Positions 1-12,353 of a stretch of 64,000 nucleotides of DNA are shown one piece after another. Both the position numbers and the translations under genes were made by a program. The stretch is taken from positions 23,188,001 through 23,252,000 of the forward strand of contig OX597819.1 in assembly GCA_951406725.2 (NCBI GenBank), given 5' to 3'. Under the pieces are notes generated by a model. That model had not been told where the DNA came from and ran no database searches. It worked only from the letters and a program-made list of their open reading frames with translations. Position 1 is the first letter of the stretch. Every line of letters starts with the position of its first letter. The stretch comes from Octopus vulgaris (taxonomy: Eukaryota).

Positions 1-708
1 TATCGATCTATTCCACCATCCTTATTTGTACCACTGTTTCCTGTAAAACTCATTATGATTACACAGCATTGAAGTGCTTATTATGAAGGCTCCGTTTAAT
101 TATACAACAACGTAAGTAATAATTAAATGTTATTGACTTAGATATGATCTTATTTACCGAGATAAACAGCCACTAATTTCTATCCTCTACCTAATTTCCA
201 GTAATATATATCAATGCTGTTAGCGAATTCTGCTTGCCGTTTTTTTATTTTTTTCCAATTAGATCTGGGTTTTTATTTGTTTATTTTTTATCCATTTTAG
301 TATATTAAATGAAATGGAGAGTGATGTAAACCTTTCACCTAAACAAGTTAGCAGTCTTCCGCAGACAATATTCATAATATACCTGCTTCATATTCACGAA
401 TGCTGGCTGAATTGAGGAACTTACAACTATTATATGTAGCCTCGTTTGTCAATGACTCATTCATCGCTGATCAGAGATTACATGAAATGCTCACTTGTCA
501 TGCTCATCACAGACTGATCCGTGATAACACGACTCGAACGTCAGTCGAAGGTTCTGCTTGAATCACTAAAATGCGCCCCAGCAATTACCGACCGTGCTCA
601 AATATCCATGATTCACTTGACTATCACTAGTGCATATGACAAAACAAAATATTGCTAATGCAAGGTTTAAATCTGAAAATGTGAGTATGGGTAACAGCTC
701 TTATTATT

Positions 709-1052
709 CTTGCCTTTGCACAGCTTCTAATGCTGGAGATGTACTACGGTGTCAGCTGTTCACGACAAGTGAACTAAGGTAGCACCTCTTATTTTTCGAG
801 CACCTTCCGGAGTATTCGAGCGGTTCCAAGCAATTTTCTGCAAGTGCTCCATCTTTATTGCAACCTCTATTTGTTCCACGTACTTCTCGAGATTTTTGCT
901 CACTGTTCCCAGGGCTCCGACAATTATTGGTACTACTGCTACCTTTTTCATCGACCACAACCGCTCAAGTTCCCAAGCTAACCCGTCATATCTCTCGACT
1001 TTTCTTTCTTCCTTATCGCAGACCTTGTCAGCTGGGCATGCTATATCTATGC
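709..1052 (-). mobile_element. R4/Dong-type non-LTR retrotransposon 3' fragment (REL endonuclease C-terminus), family D1
   Basis: Minus strand encodes IDIACPADKVCDKEERKVERYDGLAWELERLWSMKKVAVVPIIVGALGTVSKNLEKY, a typical REL C-terminus. Bounded by TTA repeats on both sides. Longer homolog at 35305-35810. Confidence 0.88.
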
Positions 1053-1055
1053 CAC

Positions 1056-1103
<48 letters not shown>

Positions 1104-1132
1104 CATCATCATCATCATCACCATCACCATCA

Positions 1133-1196
<64 letters not shown>

Positions 1197-1234
1197 CATC
1201 ATCATCATCATCATCATCATTATTATTATTATTA

Positions 1235-1276
<42 letters not shown>
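1053..1276. repeat. Compound (TTA)n/(TCA)n microsatellite
   Basis: Directly visible; source of the poly-N/D/Y/L/I ORFs. Confidence 0.97.
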
Positions 1277-1277
<1 letters not shown>

Positions 1278-1982
1278 GTGAGTGGGCAGCACATGCCATT
1301 AAGTGACTCTGAAGTACAAATATTCGAAACCCAATATAGAGTATACAAACATTATGACTACCCCTCTGATAAGAGTACACCAGGAATATGCATCACAATC
1401 ATATGTGTACGGCATGCTGATTGGAAGTATTATCATGTACATGATTTTGTCTTGGTATCATGATAAACAGCGCATGACCTTGCAGGTGAGACCCAGTTAA
1501 AATTTTCTTCAGGTCGAGCAGCTCATCCCGCAGTGAATAACGATCGTTTGAGGATGATAAAGGAAATACTCATGTTTCCAGGAGGGAATTATTCAAACCC
1601 CGCCAAAATTCCTCTCAACACATGGCTATAATGCTCCCCACCCACAACTTCTGCTCGTGATCAGAGATGCACATATCGTCAGCCACTAAGGGACATGCTC
1701 AACTGGTTACGGTCAAACAACTGACAAGCAAATCTGTGGTATTGAGCAGAATATTTGCTTTAGTCCATCTTTTATACCAAGACAAAACAATGTACGTGAT
1801 AATACTTCCAATCAGTTAATATAAGAAGCCATGAGAGCCACTTCCTGGTACTGCATCAGAGCATAGAATATTTGCAGCAGCCCATCTTTTATACCAAGAC
1901 AAAAAACTTGTACATGATGATACTTCTGATCAGTTAAGATCAGAAGCCATGACAACCACTGCCAGATATTGCATCAAAGTAT
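1277..1982 (-). mobile_element. Non-coding ~600-bp interspersed repeat flanked by TAA-type tracts, with a tandemly duplicated ~120-bp end
   Basis: Homologous to 37600-38010 and 38998-39077 (e.g. gataagagtacaccagg, gatcagagatgcacatatcgt, cttccaatcagttaagatcagaagcca). About 1745-1863 is repeated at about 1864-1980. Strand is inferred. Confidence 0.75.
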
Positions 1983-2241
1983 TTATCATTATTAGTGTTG
2001 TTGTTGTCGTCATTATTGTTGTTATAATTAAATCTTTCATCGACGGTTTCACTGTGGTAACAACATGGTACAAACATGTACAAACATCGCCCAGGGTGAG
2101 ATAAATTCCCGGAGAATGGGCTATAACATGGTTGTGAGTTTAACTTAGTAAACTTCACAAGCATGTTAATACAGGATGCATTTTAATGGAAGTTGTATAA
2201 GAATCAAACGTGCATGTACTTCTTGTGTGTGTATGTGTGTA

Positions 2242-2353
<112 letters not shown>

Positions 2354-2747
2354 TTTGTGCGTAAGTTCACTCGTTCTGATATAATATGTTTTGTCGATTT
2401 ACCTCCATTTACACCCAGGGTAACTAACTATTCGATAAACATCGATAAAATAAATTCCATGTGAAGTAGAAGAAAAACCAACGTGTCTATCTGCTAACCC
2501 AACAGATCCGGCTCTGGAAACTTTCTCAAAGAACGGGTTGCACCCCTAAACACATTCAAGTAAATTGTTCATTAGGCGGGCTATTCAGAAAATCCCGCGA
2601 GCCGAAACTTGTCCACGATAGGAATAGATATAGAAAAGGGAAGTTAAAGGATAATTTAATTCAAACAGTAAACCCTTCAACACTTATTTAGAGTTTTTAT
2701 ACATTTGCAAATGTATAACAGAGAACCAGAAAGACACATCAACATAG

Positions 2748-2909
2748 ACGCAGGAGTGACTGTGTGGTAAGTAGCTTGCTTATCAACCACATGGTTCCTG
2801 GTTCAGTCCCACTGCGTGGCACCTTGGGTAAGTGTCTTCTACTATAGCCTCGGGCCGACTAAAGCCTTGTGAGTGGATTTGTTAGACGGAAACTGAAAGA
2901 AACCCGTCG

Positions 2910-2973
<64 letters not shown>

Positions 2974-3165
2974 AGTGAGTGTGCCTGTAGTTGTCCCCCA
3001 ACATCGCTTGACGACCGATGTTGGTATGTTTATGTCCCCGTAACTTAACGGTTCAGCAAAAGAGACCGATAGAGTAAGTACTGGGCTTACAAAGAATAAG
3101 TCCTGGGGTAGATTTGCTCGACTAACGGCGGTGCCCCAGTCGAATGGCTGAAACAAGTAAAAGAA
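2748..3165 (+). mobile_element. tRNA-headed SINE family A (CORE-like segment, internal TA/TG microsatellite, GTAAAAGA tail)
   Basis: Head gcaggagtgactgtgtggtaag...ggttcagtccc (A/B-box-like), ccttgggtaagtg CORE-like motif, microsatellite, conserved 3' half. About 10 full or partial copies in the window. Confidence 0.9.
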
Positions 3166-3600
3166 TGTAAATTACGGTTTATTAAATGAATTTGAACAAA
3201 CATTTATGTGTTCCCTATGAGAAATGGCGTCTATTTGATGATAAGTTGAAGCGAGAAGCAAAATACGATGTAATTTTCCACTATGTGTATGCTGTTAGCA
3301 GTGAGTACATTCTTCTGGCGAAGCTCAAAGAGGCGGAGATGCACATCTTGCGTTTTCGGCGTCGCTTCTGGACGATGTTCGCCTGCTCTTTTCTCTTTAC
3401 TCTTTTACGTGTTTCAGTCATTTGACTGTGGCCATGCTGGAGCACCGTCTTTAGTCGAGCAAATCGACCCCAGGACTTATTCTTTGTAAGCCTAGTACTT
3501 GTTCTATCGGTTTCTTTTGCTGAACCGCTAGGTTACGGGGAAGTAAACACACCAGCATCAGTTGTCAAGCAATGTTGTTGGGACAAACACAGACACACAA

Positions 3601-3696
<96 letters not shown>

Positions 3697-3698
<2 letters not shown>

Positions 3699-3930
3699 GC
3701 GGCGAGCTGGCAGAATCGTTAGCACGCCGGGCGAAATGCGTAGCCGTATTTCGTCTGCCGTTACGTTCTGAGTTCAAATTCCGCCGAGGTCGACTTTGCC
3801 TTTCATCCTTTCGGGGTCGATAAATTAAGTACCAGTTACGCACTGGGGTCGATGTAATCGACTTAATCCATTTGTCTGTTCTTGTTTGTCCCCTCTGTGT
3901 TTAGCCCCTTGTGGGTAGTAAAGAAATATA
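3697..3930 (+). mobile_element. tRNA-headed SINE family B (Meta-domain-like centre), full length
   Basis: ggcggcgagctggcagaatcgttagcac...gagttcaaattcc...gcctttcatcctttcggggtcgataaattaagtacc...gtagtaaagaaata. More than 15 copies or fragments in the window. Domain naming is from memory. Confidence 0.9.
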
Positions 3931-3977
3931 TATATATATATATATATATACGGGTGTGTGTGATTGTGTATAGAAGA

Positions 3978-4228
3978 ATATATTAATAAAAGGAATTCCA
4001 ACCTTGTCTGATTTTCACGTTTTATTTACAATCTTATAATGATATAATATAAGATAATATAATATAATAAAATAAAATAAAATAATAGAATGTTAAATGT
4101 TCATTCTGATTGAACTAGTACTTTCATGCATTAAATTCTGTATTCTTCAGGTTCATGTAGTAGTGATGACAGTCATGCTTCACAATTTTTGACAGTCAAA
4201 TTGGTTGGAATTCCTTTTATTAATATAT
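3978..4228. mobile_element. ~250-bp mini-element with 26-bp terminal inverted repeats and an internal hammerhead motif
   Basis: atatattaataaaaggaattccaacc (3978-4003) is the exact reverse complement of 4203-4228; the right end runs into (TA)n. Confidence 0.8.
4111..4155 (-). ncRNA. Minimal type I hammerhead ribozyme motif
   Basis: Minus strand: tgaac CTGAAGA atacagaatttaatgcat GAAA gtac TA gttca. 5-bp stem I, canonical core, palindromic stem III (agtact), one mismatch in stem II. Confidence 0.75.
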
Positions 4229-4242
4229 ATATATATTTATAT

Positions 4243-4307
<65 letters not shown>

Positions 4308-5034
4308 TATATACGACGGGCTTCTTTCTGTTTCCGTCTATCAAATCCACTCACAAGGCTTTGGTCGGCCCGAGGCTATAGTAGAAGACACTTGCCCAAG
4401 ATGCCACGCAGTGGGAATGAACCCGGAACTATGTGGTTGGTAAGCAAGCTACTTATCACACAGCCACTCCTGCTGCTGATATATTTGTATTTTTACGTTC
4501 ATAAGGGATATCTCCACATTACATCCATAAGGGATATTATATCCGAACGAATACCACAGTTAATTTGTTTTTGCGATATAGTTCCATTAAGAATGATATT
4601 TAGGCGGCTTCTTCGATCTAATTGTATTCATAACAGATCAGTGAGACACTACGTAAAGTGTCTCACCAGTCAGGTTAAATATGAGATTTGACATTTACTA
4701 ATGACTAAACTTTTGATTGGAAAGTTCAGGTAATAACTGAAATTGTCATTACGGATAGAATTCGATGCTGAATTCTTATATCATTTTCATGGAAAATTGC
4801 TATCCTTTGATGAAGGGACAGTTAGAATCAAAGAAGATAAAATGTGAACTTGAGTGATATAGCGACTGATTAGAAGAGAGATTATTAGTACGGTTGATTT
4901 CAACCACAAGAAGCATTCAGTAATTAAATCTACGCTGTCTACTGCCAAAGTAAGAACGATATAGCTTCTCTATACGGAGAATATTCTTATTCTTTTAATT
5001 TTTATTCTTTAACTTGCATTTTTTTTTAAATTGT

Positions 5035-5450
5035 AGCAGGAGTGGCTGTGTGGTAAGTAGCTTGCTAACCAACCACATGGTACCGGGTTCAGTCCCACTG
5101 CGTGGCATCTTGGGCAAGTGTCTTCTGCTATAGCCCCGGGCCGACCAATGCCTTGTGAGTGGATTTGGTAGACGGAAACTGAAAGAAGCCTGTCGTATAT
5201 ATGTATATATATATAAGTGTGTGTGTATATGTTTGTGTGTCTGTGTTTGTTCCCCTAGCATTGCTTGACAACCGATGCTGGTGTGTTTACGTCCCCGTCA
5301 CTTAGCGGTTCGGCAAAAGAGACCGATAGAATAAGTACTGGGCTTACAAAGAATAAGTCCCGGGGTCGATTTGCTCGACTAAAGGCGGTGCTCCAGCATG
5401 GCCGCAGTCAAATGACTGAAACAAGTAAAAGAGTAAAAGAGTAAAGAGTA
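5035..5450 (+). mobile_element. SINE family A, near-consensus full-length copy
   Basis: Complete head, microsatellite, 3' half and (GTAAAAGA)n tail. Confidence 0.92.
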
Positions 5451-5734
5451 TTGAAATGCAGGTATGCTAGAGCAATGCTTTGAAGGTTTTCGAAAAATCG
5501 GACCCGGTACTTGTTTTATGAGTTTCTGACTTATTGTACTTGTATCGTTATCACTGGCGATGCTCCAGCATGGCCACAGCCTTTCGACTTAAGGTATAAA
5601 GGAATAAAAGAACAAACCGCTAAGCTACGGAGTCGTAAACAAACAACACCGTTTGTCGAACCGTTGGAAAACAGACAGTATGTATACGTGCGTACGTATA
5701 TGTATATACATCCGTGTATATATGTATACATATA

Positions 5735-5758
5735 TATGTGTGTGTGTGTGTGCATGTG

Positions 5759-5807
<49 letters not shown>

Positions 5808-5845
5808 ATGTGTGTGTGCATGTGTGTGTGCGCGTGTGTGTGTGC

Positions 5846-5879
<34 letters not shown>

Positions 5880-5903
5880 ATGTGTGTGTGCATGTGTGTG
5901 TGC

Positions 5904-5973
<70 letters not shown>

Positions 5974-5974
5974 G

Positions 5975-6011
<37 letters not shown>

Positions 6012-6077
6012 ATGTGTGTGTGCATGTGTGTGTGCGCGTGTGTGTGTGCGCGTGTGTGTGTGTGTGTGTGTGTGTGT
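5735..6077. repeat. (TG)n microsatellite with repeated TGCA/TGCG interruptions
   Basis: Directly visible. Confidence 0.95.
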
Positions 6078-6699
6078 AGTAGTAGACACAGTCGTTTGGT
6101 TATCGGACAATTTATTTTGGTTCTCTACGTTCTGAGTTGAAACCCCACTGTGGTCAACTGTGCCTTTCATCCTTTCGGGGTCGATTAAATAAAGTACCAG
6201 GTAAGTAATGGGCTTGATGGAATTGACTCGGTCCTCACCTCACAATTGCTTGCCTTGAGCCTTGCAACGGACCCAGTGATCTCGGTCATTTCTACGCCAG
6301 GGGAACCAGTAACTGGCCTTGGAAGTCCTAGGGCTTCAGGTAGAAATATTTAATATACGTAAGGCTGCATAACATTATACTGAATGATTTTAATATCAGA
6401 AATAGTAACAGAGTGGTTAACTTTAGTGTTAGGAAAAATCATTAGGCGTGGCTATGTGGTAAGACGCTTACTTCTCAACCACATGGTTTCAGGTTCATTC
6501 TTCTGGCGTGGCACCTTGAGCAAGTAAGTGTCTGTGCTATAGTCTCGGACCGACCAAAGCCTTGTGAATGGATTTATTAGAGGGAAACTGAAAGAAGCCT
6601 GTCGTGTGTATGTATATATGTGGGTGTAAGTATATATGTATGTGTATGGGTGCTTTTGTGTCTCCGCGTGGTTACCCGTGTTTGTAAGTATCTATATAT

Positions 6700-6876
6700 G
6701 TCTGTCCGTATGTATGTATGTATGTATGTATGCAATGTGTTGTATGTTTGTATATATGCATGCCTTTATGTATGTATGTATGTATGTATGTATGTATGTA
6801 TGTATGTATGTATGTATGTGTGTGTGTGTCTGTTTGTATGTATGTGTGTCTGTTTGTATGTATGTATGAACGTTTG

Positions 6877-6910
<34 letters not shown>

Positions 6911-7350
6911 TGCATGTGTGTACGTATGTATGGCTGTATGTGTCTAAGTATGTATGTTTGTATGTATGTATTTATGTATCTATATATGTCTGTCCGTATG
7001 TAAGTATGTATGTATTTATGTATGTTTGCATGTCTGTATGTCTCAATGCATGTATGCTTGTCTGTCTGTATGTATGCTTGTTTCTATGTAAGTATGTGTG
7101 TGTATGTATGTATGTATGTATGATTGTCTGTCTGTATGTATGTATATATGTCTGTATGTATGTATGTTTGTATGTATGTATGCTTGTCTGTATGTATGTG
7201 TGTGTATGTACGTATGTATGTATGTATGTTATAATGAATAAAGTAGCTTATTAGAAATAAAGTATGTATGTAAGTATATGTGTATATATATATATGTATG
7301 TATGTATGTATATATGTGTGTATGTATGTATGTATGTACGTAAATGTGTA
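6700..7350. repeat. Degenerate (TATG)n tract following a SINE A head (6443-6610)
   Basis: Directly visible. Confidence 0.9.
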
Positions 7351-7640
7351 TGTATTAATATATGTCGAGGCAGACTTTCTGTTGTGTGTATTTATAATCC
7401 GAGAAGCTGCAGTATCAATAATCTACTTCCTGTGGTTATTGCAGTATGATGTGTGTGAGTGTGTGAGTGTGTGCGCGTTCAGTCGTAGTGTTCCAATGAT
7501 CATTTGGCTTCCAGTCCAGTATTAAACTCTCCTAAGTTACGATCGGTCATCTACACCCATGTACAAACCTAGTTTGGTGTCTCAAGCATTTCAGACGGAG
7601 ACAAAACATTTTCATGGAAACGTGAGAATCCATAAAAAGA

Positions 7641-7728
<88 letters not shown>

Positions 7729-7964
7729 GTGTCTTATCCCTTGTATTAGCCATTGAACGGCGGTCATGCTTCAAGGCATTTAGTCGAAGAATTCGATAGC
7801 AGTGCTTGTATTTTATAGCCAGGCATTTATTGTATCCGGCTTCTTACTCGAACCGCTGTTATGAGGACATACACAAACAAATACCGGTGGACAAACACGT
7901 GCACGAAGACAACATGCACATACACATACACACGGAAGCACACACACACACATACACACGGAAG

Positions 7965-7997
<33 letters not shown>

Positions 7998-8058
7998 GTA
8001 TGTATGTATATATATATATATATATGTATGTATATATATATATATATATATATACATA

Positions 8059-8262
8059 CAGTTATCCCTCAGCCATGGCGGGTGTTACGTTCCAAAACCT
8101 CTCATAAAAATAATCAAGATCTAAAAATATGTATACCTATCGGCCGCAGACACAGGCGATAGAATGAGGATTCTGCGATATAAATTTACATATATTGGCC
8201 AGAAAAATCCGCGATGTACTGAGTGCGCGCTAGGTGAACCGCAATATGGTGAGGGGTTACTG
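8059..8262. mobile_element. pogo/Tigger-like MITE
   Basis: TIRs cagttatccctcagccatggcgg and reverse complement cagtaacccctcaccatattgcgg; TA on both sides (8057-8058, 8263-8264). Confidence 0.8.
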
Positions 8263-8307
<45 letters not shown>

Positions 8308-8354
8308 AACGGACTTCTTTCAGTGTCTGTTTACCAAATCCGCTCACAATCCGC

Positions 8355-8500
8355 TCTAGATTGAAAGCTTTTACAATCTAGGGGCAACTTTACAATCTAG
8401 TTGTCTAATTGTAACTAGATTAGACAACTAGATTGTAAAGTTGTTTAGAGGCAGCTTTACAATCTAAAGTTGCCTCTAGATTGTAAAGCAACTTTACAAT
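8355..8500. repeat. Mosaic of direct and inverted copies of a ~20-bp motif (ggcaactttacaatctagag)
   Basis: The motif and its reverse complement alternate about 7 times. Hairpin caactttacaatctagttgtctaat...attagacaactagattgtaaagttg. Confidence 0.85.
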
Positions 8501-9004
8501 AAGAAATGGCAAATGTCTATTGACAATATTGCTGCATGTTTTGATGAATAAATTTATCCTTTGTATTTATAAAACATTACCAAACATTTTTTTTTCCTTT
8601 TCTACAAATGTCATACATGACGACCTAATACATATGTGAGTAACGAAGAGGTACAAGTGTCAATTCATACGGCCGTATATAACGATTCCTTTAATTGATT
8701 AATAAGAGCATTACATCATTGCAAACAAACCGTTTTCGTCCGATGAATTTATAATCTTCAAATATAAAGTACATTCGAACTTATTCAACATAGTTAACAA
8801 ATTCACAGAGTAAACATATTTACATAAATCCCGCTAACATTCACTTAACAGAATGAACATATCAGGACAGTGTATATTTGGTCAGAACAAAGAAGAATTT
8901 AGGGATTATTAGAGTTTATAGTAGAGGGAAAAGATAATTGACCCAAGTAAGTTGTTTATTTGTATTGGTCAGTGGTGAGAGAAGCAATTAATGCTAGGCC
9001 AGCC

Positions 9005-9092
<88 letters not shown>

Positions 9093-9096
<4 letters not shown>

Positions 9097-9298
9097 GGAG
9101 TGGACCCACGCAGTTGTCGGGTGGTACCCGTGCGAGCGGAAAAGACTACTCGGAAGACCTCCACGACGGTGGAATTACGGTTTCAGGAGGACGATTGGGA
9201 TCACGTGGATGAGAAAGGCGCGATCCAGAGAGGAGTGGACAGCGTGCTGTGACCAGCGGTGTCAAATGGACGCCTGACGGACTGGTCGGTCAAGGTGA
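9093..9298 (+). mobile_element. RTE-clade LINE 3' end inserted in (TA)n
   Basis: Encodes [25 protein letters not shown]...[11 protein letters not shown], the RTE-type C-terminal KR..GRP..RW motif. Confidence 0.8.
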
Positions 9299-9370
9299 TA
9301 TATATATATATATATGAATTTATGAATTTGTGTTTCAAGGTTCCGGATGTGAAACCGTGAGTTGAAACAG

Positions 9371-9816
<446 letters not shown>

Positions 9817-9963
9817 GTGTGTGTATATATATATATATATATATTTATTTATATATATATATATATATGCGTGTGTATCTTTGTGTCTGGGCTTGTCCCC
9901 CTTTCCCTCACTTGACATACATATATATATATACATATATATATATATATTATTGTGACTGGT

Positions 9964-10115
9964 GAGAGTCATTCTCTTTCGGTGCTTTATTACTTAACAC
10001 ACTCACCGGTTTGATTTCCATTCATTTACTTTTTTTTTTTTAGAAAAAATAGATAAATGATTGGAACTCGAACCGGTGTGTTAAATAATAAGGCACGAAA
10101 AGAGAATTTCTCTCC
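9964..10115. repeat. Imperfect hairpin with ~65-bp arms next to (TA)n
   Basis: gagagtcattctctttcggtgctttattacttaacacac...gtgttaaataataaggcacgaaaagagaatttctctc. Confidence 0.75.
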
Positions 10116-10495
10116 CCAAAAATGCTTCAACACACGAATTCACATAAGGAATCCTGCAAACGAAATACAAAAACGAAATACATGTTATATATATATATAT
10201 AATAGTTGGCGAGAGTAATGAAAGAAAATTATTCATTGCTACACAAAAGAACAGTAGTGTAAATTTGCAGCACTATGAGCAGCTGTGTGGGCGTCAAGTC
10301 ACACAGTTTTTCATTTCAGGTAACCACGCTGGAAACCAAAACAATAACGTGATGATCAGCATTATTCCCACGCAAACAAATAAGTCGTTGCCTGTCATGG
10401 TTTCAGCTACGAAATGTGTGTCTGCATGTGTATTTCTGAGCATGTATGCGTGTATAAGTGTGAGCATGTATGTATGTATTCATGTGTTTGTGTGC

Positions 10496-10526
<31 letters not shown>

Positions 10527-10627
10527 ATGAAGGGTGAAATTAATTAATTTGGAATAATTATCAATAACACCAAGTAGTCTTCGGCATGTAAAAGCCTCAT
10601 TCGAGGAAAATTTAAGTAATACTAAGC

Positions 10628-10721
10628 AATAAAGGGTTTGGCAACGAATTGCCTTACCACATACCGAATTTAGAAATAGCAGTCAAAGAGTTATAGCTAT
10701 TTCTTCTACTATAGCTATTTC

Positions 10722-10767
<46 letters not shown>

Positions 10768-10818
10768 CTAATATTTTCGGTACGTGGTTTAAGCAACTTG
10801 TTGCAAAAAACCCTTATT
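10628..10818. repeat. Imperfect inverted repeat bracketing a (TA)n tract
   Basis: aataaagggtttggcaacgaattgccttaccacataccgaatttagaaata versus tatttctaatattttcggtacgtggtttaagcaacttgttgcaaaaaacccttatt. Confidence 0.7.
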
Positions 10819-11060
10819 ATTATAATTATATATATATTTATATATATATATATACACGTATGTATGTATATATGTATGCATCGTCTCTCCTATTTATTTG
10901 AAGGCTTCCTGCAAGGGATGCATTACTTTCTAACAAAGATACAAAGCGCCTTCTTTGAAATGTAGACAACAAAAAACAAATTCACATTTTAAACTTGGAA
11001 AATGTGTTACAATTTTTTTTTATGTTCCGTTTATTTACGTATCTAAATACACACACACAC

Positions 11061-11107
<47 letters not shown>

Positions 11108-11341
11108 GTTGTTGGATATTCGTATGTGTATCTATTGTGCGTGTGTGTATGCCTGCTTTCTTTTTCTCCTTTTAATTTAGAGGTGATTTTGATCGACCAC
11201 CTACTTGGTAGCAAGGTATTGCAGAATATTCTTGTCACACGTATCCCAGTCATTTGTATCGCATGAATTTGAGGAGTCACATTCTGTCCCCAAGAACTCA
11301 GGTTTAGTCATACTTTACTCAAGCCAGGATTGGTAAAATAT

Positions 11342-12353
11342 TGTTACGGAATCACCCGTCGTCGCCCGTCCCGAACGGCTCACACAAGTTCCGCCACGGA
11401 ACCCAAAGAGGCGGAGAGAGGAGATACAGATAGATACTGCCACAACCTCAACAGCACAGAGATACAGAGGCACAACCCGAGATACAACCCAAAGAGGCAA
11501 GGCAACAACTGGCAACACTGGCTTATATTCAAACAACAGTTTATACGACAATTACAATTGTTACAACATCAAGATACATCAAAGCATGCACGTGACTACT
11601 CAATACATAATACAACAGCATTTCAAGAGTACAACTCAAAGCATAATACAACATCATGTAACAATTCAAGAGTACACGTCCCAAGACAACAGTTCTTTAA
11701 AGTCTCTTCCTAAACATCACAATCAACAAGTCCTTTACTCTTCTTCTTCACAATTTCCTTTATCGACCACATCGACAGAGTCCTTGACTGTTCTTTTCAC
11801 TGTTCAATACACCATGACACATATCAATGCACAAACACATACCTCAATTCCTAATTGAATCTGCCAGTGTCCCATTCCTCTCAATACTGCAAATTCCTCT
11901 GAATACTGCTAATTCCCTTCTGTGCCACCAAGCTTTCTCGCATCCAACTTGCTCCTAAGATTCCAACGCTTCTAAGATTCCATCTACTCGCTCTGACTTC
12001 CAGGATCCGACTGTCTTCCTCGAGGACCGGCCAGCGACTTCAAGATCCGTCTGTGCTCCTCGACGACCGCTCAACGACTGCCAAGACTTCACTTCGTCTC
12101 TGTCCTCGCTTCCACTCCCTCATCTCCCTCTTATAGCCTTTCTATTTGCTATCTCATTCCTTACTGCCTATCTCTATCGCCTGCCAGACTCTTCCTCTCT
12201 ATCTGTCCCTTAGTCTTATACTCTATCTCTATTTGCTATCAGCCATTAATCTGTCCCTTTTCTTTCACTTCTCACTGACCCTCTTATCAACCACACGAGG
12301 TCACAGGTCATTCCAAAACCCATTAGTCCTCCATTAGACAAAAGACTGTCACA
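11342..12353 (-). mobile_element. Possible solo LTR (~1 kb)
   Basis: Ends TGTTACGG...CTGTCACA (TG..CA, short imperfect inverted repeat), strongly strand-skewed composition, TATA-like ctataag on the minus strand near 12135, internal ~41-bp duplication. No clear TSD. Confidence 0.45.

Larger units (their letters stand above)
3390..4478 (-). mobile_element. SINE family A with two elements nested in its internal (TA)n tract
   Basis: 3' half at 3390-3610 and head at 4310-4478 are collinear on the minus strand, separated by a SINE B copy and a foldback mini-element. Confidence 0.82.

Noticed and set aside
1-700. Host gene exon in unique-looking sequence (also 61300-62000)
   Set aside because: No ORF with recognisable protein features; short exons cannot be excluded without RNA data.
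10570-10606. Hammerhead-like GAATGA-ggc...gcc-GAAG on the minus strand
   Set aside because: Too many core deviations to call without a family alignment.
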